From contig CAWGHO010000003.1 in the NCBI GenBank assembly GCA_963822445.1, positions 608,001 to 672,000 of the forward strand: a DNA stretch of 64,000 nucleotides, in the 5' to 3' direction. The translations under genes and the position numbers were made by a program. Shown here in pieces: positions 35,355-46,200 of this stretch (its first letter is position 1; the number at the start of each line of letters is the position of its first letter). The notes under the pieces were generated by a model. It was not told where the DNA came from and made no database searches. It was given only the letters and a program-made list of their open reading frames with translations. This DNA comes from an uncultured Acidobacteriota bacterium (GTDB lineage Bacteria > Acidobacteriota > Thermoanaerobaculia > Gp7-AA8).

Positions 35355-38068
35355 ATGCGCTTCCGACAGCTGCTCCTTGCCGGGGTTCTCCTTCTCGCGG
35401 CCGCTCCGATGGACGCCGCGGTGCAGGTGAGCATCACCAAACCACAGCCGTCGGAGCTTAGCGGCGATCTGCTGACAGTCAACGCATCGGTGACGTCGAC
35501 GTATCAGTTGCAGAGCGTCACGGCGACCGTGGCCGACCGCTCCACGAGCCTCACCTTCGACTCGTCGTTCGGTCGCTGGACCTGCACGCTCGATCTGACC
35601 GGATTGCCGCGAGGGCCGCTCCAGCTCACCGTCGCCGCGCAGGACGTCTTCGGTAGCACCGACTCGGAACAGGTGACGTTCATCCATGATCGCAAGCCGG
35701 TCATCACGATCGTCGCACCTCTGTCCGAGACCGTGGCCAGGCCGCTCATCCGCATCACCGCCTCCTGTTCGGACGACGATGCCGCCGGCTGTTCCTCGAT
35801 CCGCGTCCGTCCTGGCGCCAACGATGCCGTCACCCTGGCTTCGGGCGTCTCCTCGATCGATCAGGACGTATCGCTGGACGCGTTCGAGGGCCAGACCCTC
35901 GCCCTCGTGTTCGTCGCGACCGACTCTGCACAGCAGGTCACGACTGCCCTACGCTTCGTCCACGTCGACTCCAGCGCGCGCCTGCATGAGTTTCAGGAAG
36001 TGACCGGCCGCATCGTCGATGCGCAGCCGGACCGGATTCTCTTCCTCGATCAGTCCGGAACGTTTCTCAAGATCCGCGACATCGCCACCGCCGCTGACAC
36101 GGATCTCCCCGCCACCCCCGGGAAGAAGCCGGGGAAGAGCTTTCTGACGCCGCGTGGCGCGATCTTCTCCGCGTTCGGCGCGACTGTGGTCGATTCGACC
36201 GTCTATGAGTGGCAGGACGGGAACCTGCTGACGCACACGCATCCAGACTCCGAGTCTTCCCTGGAGGTGACGGGCGCCTACGCGATCTGGACCGGCCCGC
36301 GCGAAACGGACCGGACCGGCCCCACCTACCTTTTCCGCCGCGACATCCTGGCCGGCACGACCACGGAAGTGCCGTTCGTTGAAGTCGGCAACAACTCGAA
36401 CGACGTCGACGAGGACGGTACGGTGGCGTTCTGGAGCAGCAATCCGTACAACATCCACCGGTACAACGGCGGACTGCAGCAGGTGACGAATTCGAACGGG
36501 TCGCTGTGGTACACCTACCCGCTTCTGGACGGCTCGAGCACGCTCTATCGCAAGCACTCGCCGTGCTGCGGCGGCCAGATGTGGGCGATCGCGCATCACG
36601 ATGGCACCAGCGAGACCGAGATCTCACCGTTCAGTTCAACGGAGGTGGCGCAGGACGCCGACTACCAGATCCGCAATGGCTGGATCGCCGTCACTCGCCC
36701 GGGGACGGCCGGCGAACGGCAGGTCTGGCGGCTGGCACCCGACGATTCTTCTCCACCTCGAGCAGGATCGACCTTCTCGGTTCCAACGGCGAGCTGACAT
36801 TCATCAATTACTACCCGAACCGGCAGCGATTCCTCAGCACGCTTTCGGACACGAGCGCCGTCAATTCAGTCCTCGGTAGCGCGTATCACCTCGACGGCGA
36901 GTGGTACGTCGCCATCGGCCGCACGCTCTTCTCCATCGGCGACGCCGGGACGGCCACCACGACGACCGTGACCTCGTCTCCGAATCCGTCCGTGGCCGGT
37001 GAGCCGGTGACGCTCACGGCGACGGTCTCCGGCACCGGTGCCACCGGCATGGTGGCATTCAAGGACTGGCACACCACGATCGGAGCGGCGCCGCTTTCCG
37101 GCGGAACGGCTACGTTCTCCACCTCGTCCCTCTCCCTCGGCTGGCACACGATCTACGCGGTGTACGCCGGCGACGCGAACTTTGCGCCGAGCACTTCTCC
37201 CTCGCACGCGCATCAGGTGAGAACGGCCAGTACCACCACCCTCACCTCCGCGCCCAATCCATCCGACATCGGAACCAGCGTCACTCTGACCGCCACGGTG
37301 ACGGGAAGCGGTGCAACCGGCGAGGTGACGTTCTACGACGGCGCGACCACGCTCGGCACGGCCGCTCTGTCGGGCGGCACGGCCAGCATCTCGCGCACGT
37401 TCCTCGACGTGGGCTTCCACGAGCTCACCGCCACATACAGCGGCGACGCGACGTACGGCGCCAGCACGTCGCCCGTGCACATGCACTCCGTGCGGCCACC
37501 GTTCGGGACACCGTCAGGCCTCACGGCAACGCCGACCGCCCCGAATGAGGTGACCGTGACCTGGAACGGAGTCTCCGGAGCAACTGAATACGAGGTCGCA
37601 CGCGGAACGAATACCACCAATTTCGAGACCATCGGGTCCGTCACCGGCACGTCGTTCAACGACACGACCGTCTCGAGCAACACCACCTACCTCTACATTG
37701 TCCGCGCGATCGGATCCTCCGGCGCCTCGGACTACAGCAGTCTCGACGCGGCGACGACGGTCGTGTTCACGAACGATCCGCTGACGCCGGGCGTCCCCGT
37801 TTTTGCAGTGCACGTGACCCAGCTGCGTGTGGCTGTGAGTGCGATGCGCAGCGCCGCCGGCCTGCCGCCCGCGGCCTTCACCGACCACGTGCTTCCGGCC
37901 GGCAGCCCCATCAAAGCCCTGCACATCCAGCAGCTGCGCGATGCCCTCTCGGCGGCGCGTTCGGCGCTGGGCCTGCCGCCGCTCGCGCTGACCGATCCGA
38001 CGCTGACGCCCGGCGCGACGCCCCTCAAAGCCGCGCACTTGCAGGAGCTGCGCGACGGCTGCAAGTGA
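35355..38068 (+). pseudogene. secreted modular protein (Ig-like, propeller, 2x Big_3-like, FN3, triple-His CTD) with one frameshift
   Basis: Signal peptide MRFRQLLLAG. Frame changes at ~36745 (...WRLAPD / FFSTSSRIDLLGSNGE...). Two Ig repeats 'TTTTVTSSPNPS'. Confidence 0.8.
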
Positions 38069-38165
38069 TAGCTCGCCGTTCGCAGCTCTCTACGGATTAC
38101 GATTCGACTTTCGGGGGGGACGCTAGCGACGACCGCGGCTGTGATGGTTGGCCCAGCGCCCGCGT

Positions 38166-40547
38166 TCAACGCACCCCGTCGCGAAGCTCGTTGATCTCCA
38201 CCCCCCGCACCGGCGAGACGCTTGGCTGCAACACGGGATGCGCGGGCACGATCGCGGACAGGCCGAGCGAGGCGCGAGCGGCAGCGAGCGCAGAGCGAAG
38301 CTCCGTGATGTGCACGGCGCGGATCGGGACGCCAACGAGCGCTGGGTCAGACCACGTCGCGGCCGAAAGGCCGGCGAGAGTGCGCACGGCGTTCACCGCG
38401 TTGCGGAGTTCACTCACGTGGACCGCTTGAACGACGGTGGCCATGGACACGATCGGGTCGTTCGTGAACGTCATCGCGGTCATCAGGTCAGCGGCGCTCC
38501 ATGCCGAGGGGAGCGTGCCGCTCCGTGTGGCTCGGGCGCGATAGGTGTATGCCGATCCGGGCGTGACTGATGCGTCGGTCGTGGCCAGTGACGGCGTCGA
38601 GATCGTGACGCCGTCGTTGCGGGTCACTTCGTAGCCGGTAGCTCCCGGGACGGCGTTCCAGGCGATTGCGGCCGCGGATCCGTTGTAGTGAGCAGTGACG
38701 TTCGCGGGGGCGGCCAACGGTTCGTAGTACGGATTCACGCCGAGTTGCGCGAAGACGTTCCACGACGTGGCCCCGGTATGCAGTCTTCCGAAGTACTCGA
38801 AGCCGAACCCGGTCGAGAGGCCATCGTGACTCGCGGCGACGATCCCTTCGCCGTCGCCGTTCGTCGCCGTCTGTTGTGCGGAGCGGAGAGTCTGACGGTA
38901 CGTATCGGCTTTTACCGCGTCGCCGGCCACGGCATAGGCGACGGTCATCTGCGCCGTCCCTTCAAACCAGACCCCGTCGCGGTCTTCATTGAAGTCGAAC
39001 CCGCTGAATCCATCGGCGGTCGTCGCGTGGTTCGCTTCGGCGCAGCCGAGGATCGTTGGATGGGCCGCGAGCGCGTTCGGCAGCGAGAGCACCGCCCACG
39101 CCTGCGCGTCGAGCGGAAGCATCCCGGACGCGGTGTTGCGCGTCTCCGGGTCGTTCGTTCCGGTCAGATAACAGCCGCCGTTCCACATGGCCTCGACGAA
39201 GTCGCGCGCGTGTGCGGCGCCGGTCTGCCAGCGCGTCTCGCCCGTAACCGCGTACAGGCGCGAGAACACGGCATTCACGTCGAGATTGTGCTCCGTGCTG
39301 GCGAACGCCCGCGTGATCGTCGATCCGCCGGGATATTCGAGACCGCCGAGGAAGCCGCGATAGGTGCCGGAGTCATTGCGGAACGCGTCAATGAGGTTGC
39401 CGAGCTTGCACGCGGCGTCGAGATACTTCGTCTCGAGCGTCCGCTGGTGCAGCGCGAGCAGCGCGAGTGCGGCCCAGGCGTTGTTCCCGACGTCCACAGT
39501 CTGCGCGCCGGCAAGGGGCACGGTGCCGGAGCGGCCGTGCGGCGTCCAACCCGGCGGCAGTGCGATGTCCCCCGACGCGTACGAACTGCGAAGACGCGCG
39601 CCATCGACGGTCTGCGGGTCGATCGCGACAGCACACGATCGGTTGTCATTGAAGACCACGTCGTGCTCCATGGCCTCGATGAACGCGTCACCGATCAGCT
39701 TCGCCCGCCTCACGCTGTCGCTCGAGCCGTCAGCGAGAAACGCCAGGGCCACCAGGGCGTTGTCGTAAGTGAAGGAGATCCTGCGCAGCGCGAGATCGAC
39801 GCCGCTGTTCAGCGCGAGCGTCGTGTAACTGCGGAGAAACCGCGGCTCGTTGAGCCGCGCTTCGGTCTGTGCCGGACCGAGCGTGTATTCGATGTCGTCG
39901 AGGTAGAACGTCGCTCCGCCCGGATTGTGCAACGTCTCGGCGAGCCAGCCGAACCCGCCGATCACATACGAGAGATTCATTCCGGTGAGATCGATCGAGT
40001 ACTGCTGCCAGGCATTGGTGAGCGTCGTTCGCGTTCCCGCTGCCGGCCGCCGCGATGCCGAGTCGCCGTAAGGTCCGCCGACACCGGCGAGGAAAAATTC
40101 GACTTGTTCGCCGCCGCTCTCGCCGCGTGCCCAGAACGTCAGCGTCGTCGCTCCGGCGAGCGCTGTGATTCCTGCGTTGGGGACCGTTCCCCAGTTCGGT
40201 GCCGGCGTGGTGTCGGTTCCGGTGAGCGTGCCGTTCAGGAAATACCACCCGGCCCATCCAGATGCCGAGGCCGCGTCGTAATGGCAACGGATCGCAGTCG
40301 CTCCCGTGTGCCGGGTCGCGGTCCACGAAGCGTCGAGTGAGGTCACTCCATCCGCCGGCATTTTGTCGTAGGCCACGAAGTGATTGCCCGGCGATTCGTC
40401 GTCGTCATAGACGAAGAAGCGGCTGTGGTCATGGTCCATGACCTTCTTCAGATACTCGATGCTGGCCGACACGGATTGCTGCGCCGGTTGCGCGAAGGCC
40501 GGCGTTCCCGCCAGCAGCAGAACGAGGCAGAACCGGCCAGATCGCAT
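38166..40547 (-). CDS. secreted CBM-like + (alpha/alpha)6 glycoside hydrolase-like protein with FN3 and triple-His CTD
   Basis: Signal peptide. 'LTFWARGESGGE...WQQYSIDL...FYLDDI' CBM-like domain. 'TYDNALV', 'STEHNLD', 'VWFEGTAQ'. Confidence 0.8.
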   Translation of the reverse strand: MRSGRFCLVLLLAGTPAFAQPAQQSVSASIEYLKKVMDHDHSRFFVYDDDESPGNHFVAYDKMPADGVTSLDASWTATRHTGATAIRCHYDAASASGWAGWYFLNGTLTGTDTTPAPNWGTVPNAGITALAGATTLTFWARGESGGEQVEFFLAGVGGPYGDSASRRPAAGTRTTLTNAWQQYSIDLTGMNLSYVIGGFGWLAETLHNPGGATFYLDDIEYTLGPAQTEARLNEPRFLRSYTTLALNSGVDLALRRISFTYDNALVALAFLADGSSDSVRRAKLIGDAFIEAMEHDVVFNDNRSCAVAIDPQTVDGARLRSSYASGDIALPPGWTPHGRSGTVPLAGAQTVDVGNNAWAALALLALHQRTLETKYLDAACKLGNLIDAFRNDSGTYRGFLGGLEYPGGSTITRAFASTEHNLDVNAVFSRLYAVTGETRWQTGAAHARDFVEAMWNGGCYLTGTNDPETRNTASGMLPLDAQAWAVLSLPNALAAHPTILGCAEANHATTADGFSGFDFNEDRDGVWFEGTAQMTVAYAVAGDAVKADTYRQTLRSAQQTATNGDGEGIVAASHDGLSTGFGFEYFGRLHTGATSWNVFAQLGVNPYYEPLAAPANVTAHYNGSAAAIAWNAVPGATGYEVTRNDGVTISTPSLATTDASVTPGSAYTYRARATRSGTLPSAWSAADLMTAMTFTNDPIVSMATVVQAVHVSELRNAVNAVRTLAGLSAATWSDPALVGVPIRAVHITELRSALAAARASLGLSAIVPAHPVLQPSVSPVRGVEINELRDGVR

Positions 40548-40588
40548 GCAACGGCCAACGAGCGGTGATGAGGTTTCCTTCCGAAAAC

Positions 40589-40673
40589 GTTGTCGGGTTG
40601 TCGAGTTGTCAGGTTGTCAGGTGAAGCCGTAGCGAGGGCGCTTGCCAACCTGACAACCCGACAACCTGACAAC
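40589..40673. repeat. inverted octamer arrays (GTTGTCAG)n ... (CTGACAAC)n
   Basis: gttgtcgg gttgtcga gttgtcag gttgtcag ... caacctga caacccga caacctga caac. Confidence 0.9.
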
Positions 40674-40715
40674 AAGAACGTTGCCCGTCGATACACGCTC
40701 GACCATACTTCAGCG

Positions 40716-41531
40716 ATGCCTTCAACTTCGCAGCGCGCGGCCCGGGGTGAGCTCTATCCGTTCTTCCTGCTGGCCGCGATGGTCCTCGTGCTTTCGGTGG
40801 ACGTCATCGGTCTCCTCGGTGTCGGGGATCCGAAAGTCTCGGCGATCCACGTGGCATCCGCCAGGGCCAATGCGTGGAAGGAGCTCGATGCCGAGGGGCG
40901 GCAACTGCTCGAGAAGGAGTATGAGAAGGTCGTGTCCGAGATCAGCATGCGGATCGAGCAGGAGCATCAGCTCTTTTCGCTGAAGTTCGGCCTGGTCGGC
41001 GCGATCCTGTGGGCCTTTCTGCAGACGCCCTCCAAGACGGGCGCGCGGGTCGACACCACACCATTCGCGGCCCTGGCCGCATGGGCGGCGGTCATCGCGG
41101 CGGCGATCGTGGACCTGCGGGTGATGACGAATCAGAGCTTTCTGATCACGCTGGGCGGTTGGACGCGCCAGTACGAGGAGCTCGCGCTTGGTGCAACCGG
41201 TGCGGCGCTGGGGTGGGAAGCGTTCCTGGCGGATAACCTTCTGAGCGCAACGTATTACCCCGCTCTTCGCGTGAGCGGCCAGATTCTGACGGCGCTGCTC
41301 TTCTGCGTCACGACGGTGCTCTTTCTGATCCGGCCCGCGGAAACGAGCGACCCCAGAATGGCGCGGATCAGTGGCGCGGGGGCGATCGTTTCCATCTTCA
41401 TCATGACGTTGGCGGCGATCAGCATGAGGCATGACCACTACGCCATTCTTCTCTACACCGTGACCGGCCTCGTGGCCGCTGGAATGGCGGCGTTCCTGGT
41501 GCGCAGGTCCCGTGAAAGCAATGGCGGCTAA
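40716..41531 (+). CDS. multi-pass membrane protein of unknown function
   Basis: About 6 hydrophobic segments. 'EYEKVVSEISMRIEQE' precedes a TM pair. Confidence 0.7.
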   Translation: MPSTSQRAARGELYPFFLLAAMVLVLSVDVIGLLGVGDPKVSAIHVASARANAWKELDAEGRQLLEKEYEKVVSEISMRIEQEHQLFSLKFGLVGAILWAFLQTPSKTGARVDTTPFAALAAWAAVIAAAIVDLRVMTNQSFLITLGGWTRQYEELALGATGAALGWEAFLADNLLSATYYPALRVSGQILTALLFCVTTVLFLIRPAETSDPRMARISGAGAIVSIFIMTLAAISMRHDHYAILLYTVTGLVAAGMAAFLVRRSRESNGG

Positions 41532-41537
41532 CCTTCC

Positions 41538-42179
41538 TCAGCGCAACCACTTCATCGAAACCCCCGCCTCCCCCCGAATCGCCACGGCGCCGCGGTAACC
41601 GCCGTCGAGCTCGAACGCGTGAACGCTGAGGCCCTGCAGCAACGCGAGCTCGGATTGGACGGGCACGAACCGGCCGACTTCCGGACGGACGACGAACGAG
41701 TCGAGGGCGTGCGCGAGTCCACGGCCGGTGGCTTTGATGACCGCTTCCTTCGCCGTCCAGATGGCGAGGAAGGTGGCCGGCACATCCTCCGCGATCTCCA
41801 CCGTGCGCCGTTCCTCGGGAGCGAAGAAGCGGTGGGCGAGCTCGCGCGCGTCCGAAACGGCTCGCGGGCCTTCGATGTCGACGCCGACCGGTTGCTGCGA
41901 AACGGCGAGCACGACGAGTTGGCCGGAGTGGCTGATGTTGAACTCCAGACCGCCGCCGGCGAGCGCGGGTTTCCCTTCGTCAGCGCGCGTGAAGCGCAGG
42001 TCACGCGGATCGTGCGATGAGTACTTCGCCAGCACTACCCGGCGGAGGTAACGGCTCATGGCCGCGCGTTTGCGGTCGTCCTCGAAGCGATAACGCGCCA
42101 CTTCCGCCGCTTCCTCGTCGTCGAGGAGCGAACCGTCGATGCGTGTGCCGATGTCGGCGAGCCAGAGATCGAGCATCAT
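41538..42179 (-). CDS. Sfp-type 4'-phosphopantetheinyl transferase
   Basis: GKP, FNISHS, VGVDIE, WTAKEAVIKATGRG. Confidence 0.93.
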   Translation of the reverse strand: MMLDLWLADIGTRIDGSLLDDEEAAEVARYRFEDDRKRAAMSRYLRRVVLAKYSSHDPRDLRFTRADEGKPALAGGGLEFNISHSGQLVVLAVSQQPVGVDIEGPRAVSDARELAHRFFAPEERRTVEIAEDVPATFLAIWTAKEAVIKATGRGLAHALDSFVVRPEVGRFVPVQSELALLQGLSVHAFELDGGYRGAVAIRGEAGVSMKWLR

Positions 42180-42186
42180 TGCCAGT

Positions 42187-43266
42187 ATGAAACAAGCGCT
42201 GATCCTCCTGGTGCTCGTGGCCCTGGCGGTCTGGGTCGCGTCGTGGTTCTGGGCGGGGGACCAGGTCGACGCCGCGGCCGCACGGCCGTGGCCTCATGGA
42301 CTGGGAACGCTCGCCCGGGTTCCCGATCGGTATCCGCCGCAGCAAGAGAATGAAGCTGCGCGGAAGCTCACGAGTCTCACCGGCTCAATCGCCGAAAACG
42401 ACGCCGTCACCACGTACGTGCGAAAGGAGATCGCGAGCGGCGAGCTGACCATCGCCGAGCCGCCGGCGATCCCCGACCTCTCCGCGATCCGCGACCTGCT
42501 GCTGCGCGAGCCGATCGTCTGGAAGCGGCAGATCTCCGTCCAGCACGGCGGTCTTCTGGTGCGAGTCCCGATGTTCCTTTCGCTGACGCGAGCTCTGATC
42601 GCAAACGCGCTGGGCCGCGCGCGCCAGAACGACATCGCCGCGTGGGACGACCTGCACGCGGCGTGGAATCTGACGAAGTCGCTCGACGGACATCCGCATA
42701 TCGTGCTGCGCGTCGTCGCGATGGCGATGACCCGCACGATCAACGCCGTGGCGTGGAAGATGCCCCTTCCTGCGCCGGCGTGGTTCGCCGAGTTGCAGGA
42801 GCGCGAGCTCGTGCGGCCGCTGTTGGAGACGCTGCAGTTCGAGAACTGGCGGCAGTGGAAACATCATGTGTTCGCGCTGAAGCCGTTCGCGGAGCGGATC
42901 GAGCGCGAGCGCGCGCTCACCGCCGAGTTGGGGCGGATGACTGAATGCGAGTTCAAGCGCGTGACCGAGACCGGCGATCGCGGTGATCCTCTCTCCAGGC
43001 TCGACATCGGGTGGCGGCGATCCTTTCGCTACCGCGCCGAACGCGAGGCCACGGCGAACGCACTGCGCGCACGTGCCGGGCAGCCGATCGAAGCAGGCTC
43101 GCGCTGCAGCGACGGCACCTGGAGCTTCGACGGAAAGACGCTCCGGTTCGCGAAGCCGATCGCGTTACCGGAGAAGATCGACACGTCGATGCCGCTGACG
43201 TTGCAGGTGGGAGACGCCGTTCAGCGCGCCGTTCCTCCAACTGCGCGACTCCCGAAGCGGAGATAG
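42187..43266 (+). CDS. exported hypothetical protein
   Basis: N-terminal TM/signal MKQALILLVLVALAVW. Helical body. 3' end overlaps the RND gene convergently. Confidence 0.7.
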   Translation: MKQALILLVLVALAVWVASWFWAGDQVDAAAARPWPHGLGTLARVPDRYPPQQENEAARKLTSLTGSIAENDAVTTYVRKEIASGELTIAEPPAIPDLSAIRDLLLREPIVWKRQISVQHGGLLVRVPMFLSLTRALIANALGRARQNDIAAWDDLHAAWNLTKSLDGHPHIVLRVVAMAMTRTINAVAWKMPLPAPAWFAELQERELVRPLLETLQFENWRQWKHHVFALKPFAERIERERALTAELGRMTECEFKRVTETGDRGDPLSRLDIGWRRSFRYRAEREATANALRARAGQPIEAGSRCSDGTWSFDGKTLRFAKPIALPEKIDTSMPLTLQVGDAVQRAVPPTARLPKRR

Positions 43267-46200
43267 AGCGCCGGCACGACGAACATGTTCAGGGCCGTCG
43301 AGGTCAACAGGCCGCAGAGGATGACGATGGCCATCGGCGTCTGAATCTCGCTGCCCGGCTTGCCGATCGCCAGCGCCAGCGGGATCAGTGCAAGTCCGGC
43401 CGAGAGCGCCGTCATCAGGATCGGCGAGAGCCGCTCCATAGCGCCCCGCTGCACTGCCTCGCGCACGTCCGTCACGCCTTCGTGGGTCATGAGGTGATGC
43501 GTGTGCGAGATGAGCATCAGGCCGTTGCGCGTGGCGATGCCGAAGAGGGTGATGAAGCCGATGATCGACGCGACGGAGAGCGTTCCTCCCGCGACGTAGA
43601 CGCCGGCGACGCCGCCGATCAGCGCGAGCGGCAGGTTGACCATGACCAGCGCCGCATCGCGCAGCGAGTCGAGCGCGATGTAGAGCAGCAGCAGGATTCC
43701 GGCGATGACGACGATGCCGAGGAGCACGAGACGGCGCGACGCTTCCGCTGCGCTCTCGAACTGGCCGCCGTATTCGATGTGATAGCCGGCCGGCAGCTTC
43801 ACCGTCGCCGCGACCTGATCGCGGATGTCCTCGACGACGCTGGAGAGATCGCGGCCGGCGACGTTCGACATGACGACCGCCTTCCGCTCGACGTTCTCGC
43901 GGCTGATCGTGTTCGGTCCCCGATCCTTCCGAACCTCGGCCAGCGCGGAAAGCGGAATCTGTGCGCCGCCTGGCGTGGCGATGCGCGTGGCGCGGATCGT
44001 CTCGAGATCGCCGGTCGCCGCCGCTTCGTAGCGCACGACGAGATCGAATGCGGCGCGTCCTTCGAGGATGCGCGAGACCTCGTGCCCGGCGAAGGCCGTC
44101 TCGATCGCTTCGGCAACGTCGGTGATCTGCAACCCGTACCGGGCGATGGCCGCGCGATCGAACTTCACGGTGAGGAAGGGGATGTCCGGCTGCTGTTCGA
44201 GCGACACGTCGGCCGCGCCTTCGACCGCCGTCACGACGTTCTTCACCTGCTCGCCGAGCTTGCGCAGCGTCGCCAGATCGTCGCCGAAGATCTTCACGGC
44301 GATGTTCGCGCGCGTGCCGGAGAGCATGTGGTCGATGCGATGCGAGATCGGCTGGCCGATGGTGATGTTCGTTCCCGGCACGGCCGACAGCTTGCGCCGC
44401 AGATCGGCCAGAAATTCGTCCTTGCCGCGATCCTTCATCTTCAGGCTGACCTCCATTTCGGAGGCGTTGACGTCCTGCGCGTGCTCGTCGAGCTCCGCAC
44501 GGCCGGTGCGCCGGGCCGTGGCCACGACTTCCGGCTCGCCGAGGAGGATTTCCTCGGTCATTCGTCCGAGGCGGTCTGAGGTTTCGAGCGACGTTCCGGG
44601 AAGGGTGACGAGGTTGATGGTGAGCGTGCCTTCGTTGAAGTCGGGGAGGAACGCGCGGCCCGCGAACGCGAGCGCGACGCCGGCGATCGCGAGCGCGGAG
44701 ACGGAGACAGCCGTGATCAGCTTCCAGCGATGCAGCACGCGGCCGAGCAGCGGCGCGTAGCGCGATTTCAGCCAGTGCACGACACGGCTTTCCTCCGGCA
44801 GCGCGCGCGGCAGGAGAAGCGAGCAGAGCGCCGGCGTGACCGTCAGCGCGACGACGAGCGACGCGGCGAGCGACACGATGTAGGCGAAGCCGAGCGGCCG
44901 AAGCAGGCGGCCTTCGATGCCGGTGAGGAAAAACAGGGGCAGGAAGACGAGCACGATGATGACCGTCGCAAAGACGATCGACCCCCGCACTTCGCGGCTC
45001 GCTTCAAACACGACCTCGAGAACATTTCTGCTTTCTGCCTTCTGCTTTCTGCTTTCGCGCAGCCGGCGCACGACGTTCTCGACGTCGATGATCGCGTCGT
45101 CCACGAGCGCGCCGACGGCGATGGCCATGCCGCCGAGGGTCATCGTGTTGATGGTGATGCCGAACAGCTTCATGGCCAGGATGGCCGTCACCAGCGACAG
45201 CGGGATGGCGAGCACGGTGATCCCGGTCGCGCGCGCGCTCATGAGGAAGATGAAGACGATGGCAATGACGAGGATCGCGCCGTCGCGCAGTGCGGCGACG
45301 ACGTTCCGTACGGCGATCTCGATGAAGTCCGACTGCCGGAAGATGTGGCTGTTGATCTTCATGCCGGCCGGCAACGACTTCTGGATGTCGGCCATCACCA
45401 CGTCGAGCTGCCGCGTGAGCTGGAGCGTGTTCGCGGCCGGTTGCTTCTGGATGCCGAGAATGACCGCGGGCTTGGCGTTGTGCGAACCCTCGCCTCGTTT
45501 CAGAGCAGCGCCGATCTGCACGGTTGCCACATCGCGGACGAGGATCGGCTGGCCGCCGCGCTCGACGATGACGGTCGCGCCGATGTCGTCGGGAGTGGTG
45601 ATGCGGCCCACGCCATGAATCAGATACTCCTGACCGCCTTCGCGGTAGAAGCCTGCCGATGTGTTCTCGTTGCTCTCGCGAAGCGCGCGGATCACGTCAT
45701 CCACGCCGAGCGTGAATGCGGCCAGACGGTCGGGCCGCACGATCACCTGGTACTGCTTCGTCTCGCCGCCGGTGGGGATGACCTGAGACACGCCCGGCAC
45801 CGCGAGCAGGCGGCGACGCACGGTCCAGTCGGCGACCGTTTTCAGCTCCATCGGCGTGTGCTGGTTCGAGGTGAGGGCGATGAACATGATCTCGCCCATG
45901 ATCGAAGAGACCGGCGCGAGCACGGGCGGCGGCATGTCCGGCGGCAGCGTCGATTGCGCGAGCTGGAGTTTCTCGCTCACGACCTGGCGGGCCTGGTAGA
46001 TGTCCGTGCCCCATTCGAACTCGACCCAGATCACGGCGATGCCGACGCCCGTGGACGAGCGCACGCGCCGGACGCCCGATGCCCCATTCAGCGCCGTCTC
46101 GACGGGAAAGGTGATCTGCGTCTCGACTTCCTGCGGCGCCATGCCATGCGCTTCGGCGACGACGGTCACCGTTGGCGCGGTGAGATCGGGGAACACGTCC

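Noticed and set aside
41538-42179. NRPS/PKS cluster implied by the PPTase
   Set aside because: No carrier protein or synthase genes nearby. Stand-alone Sfp-type PPTases are common.
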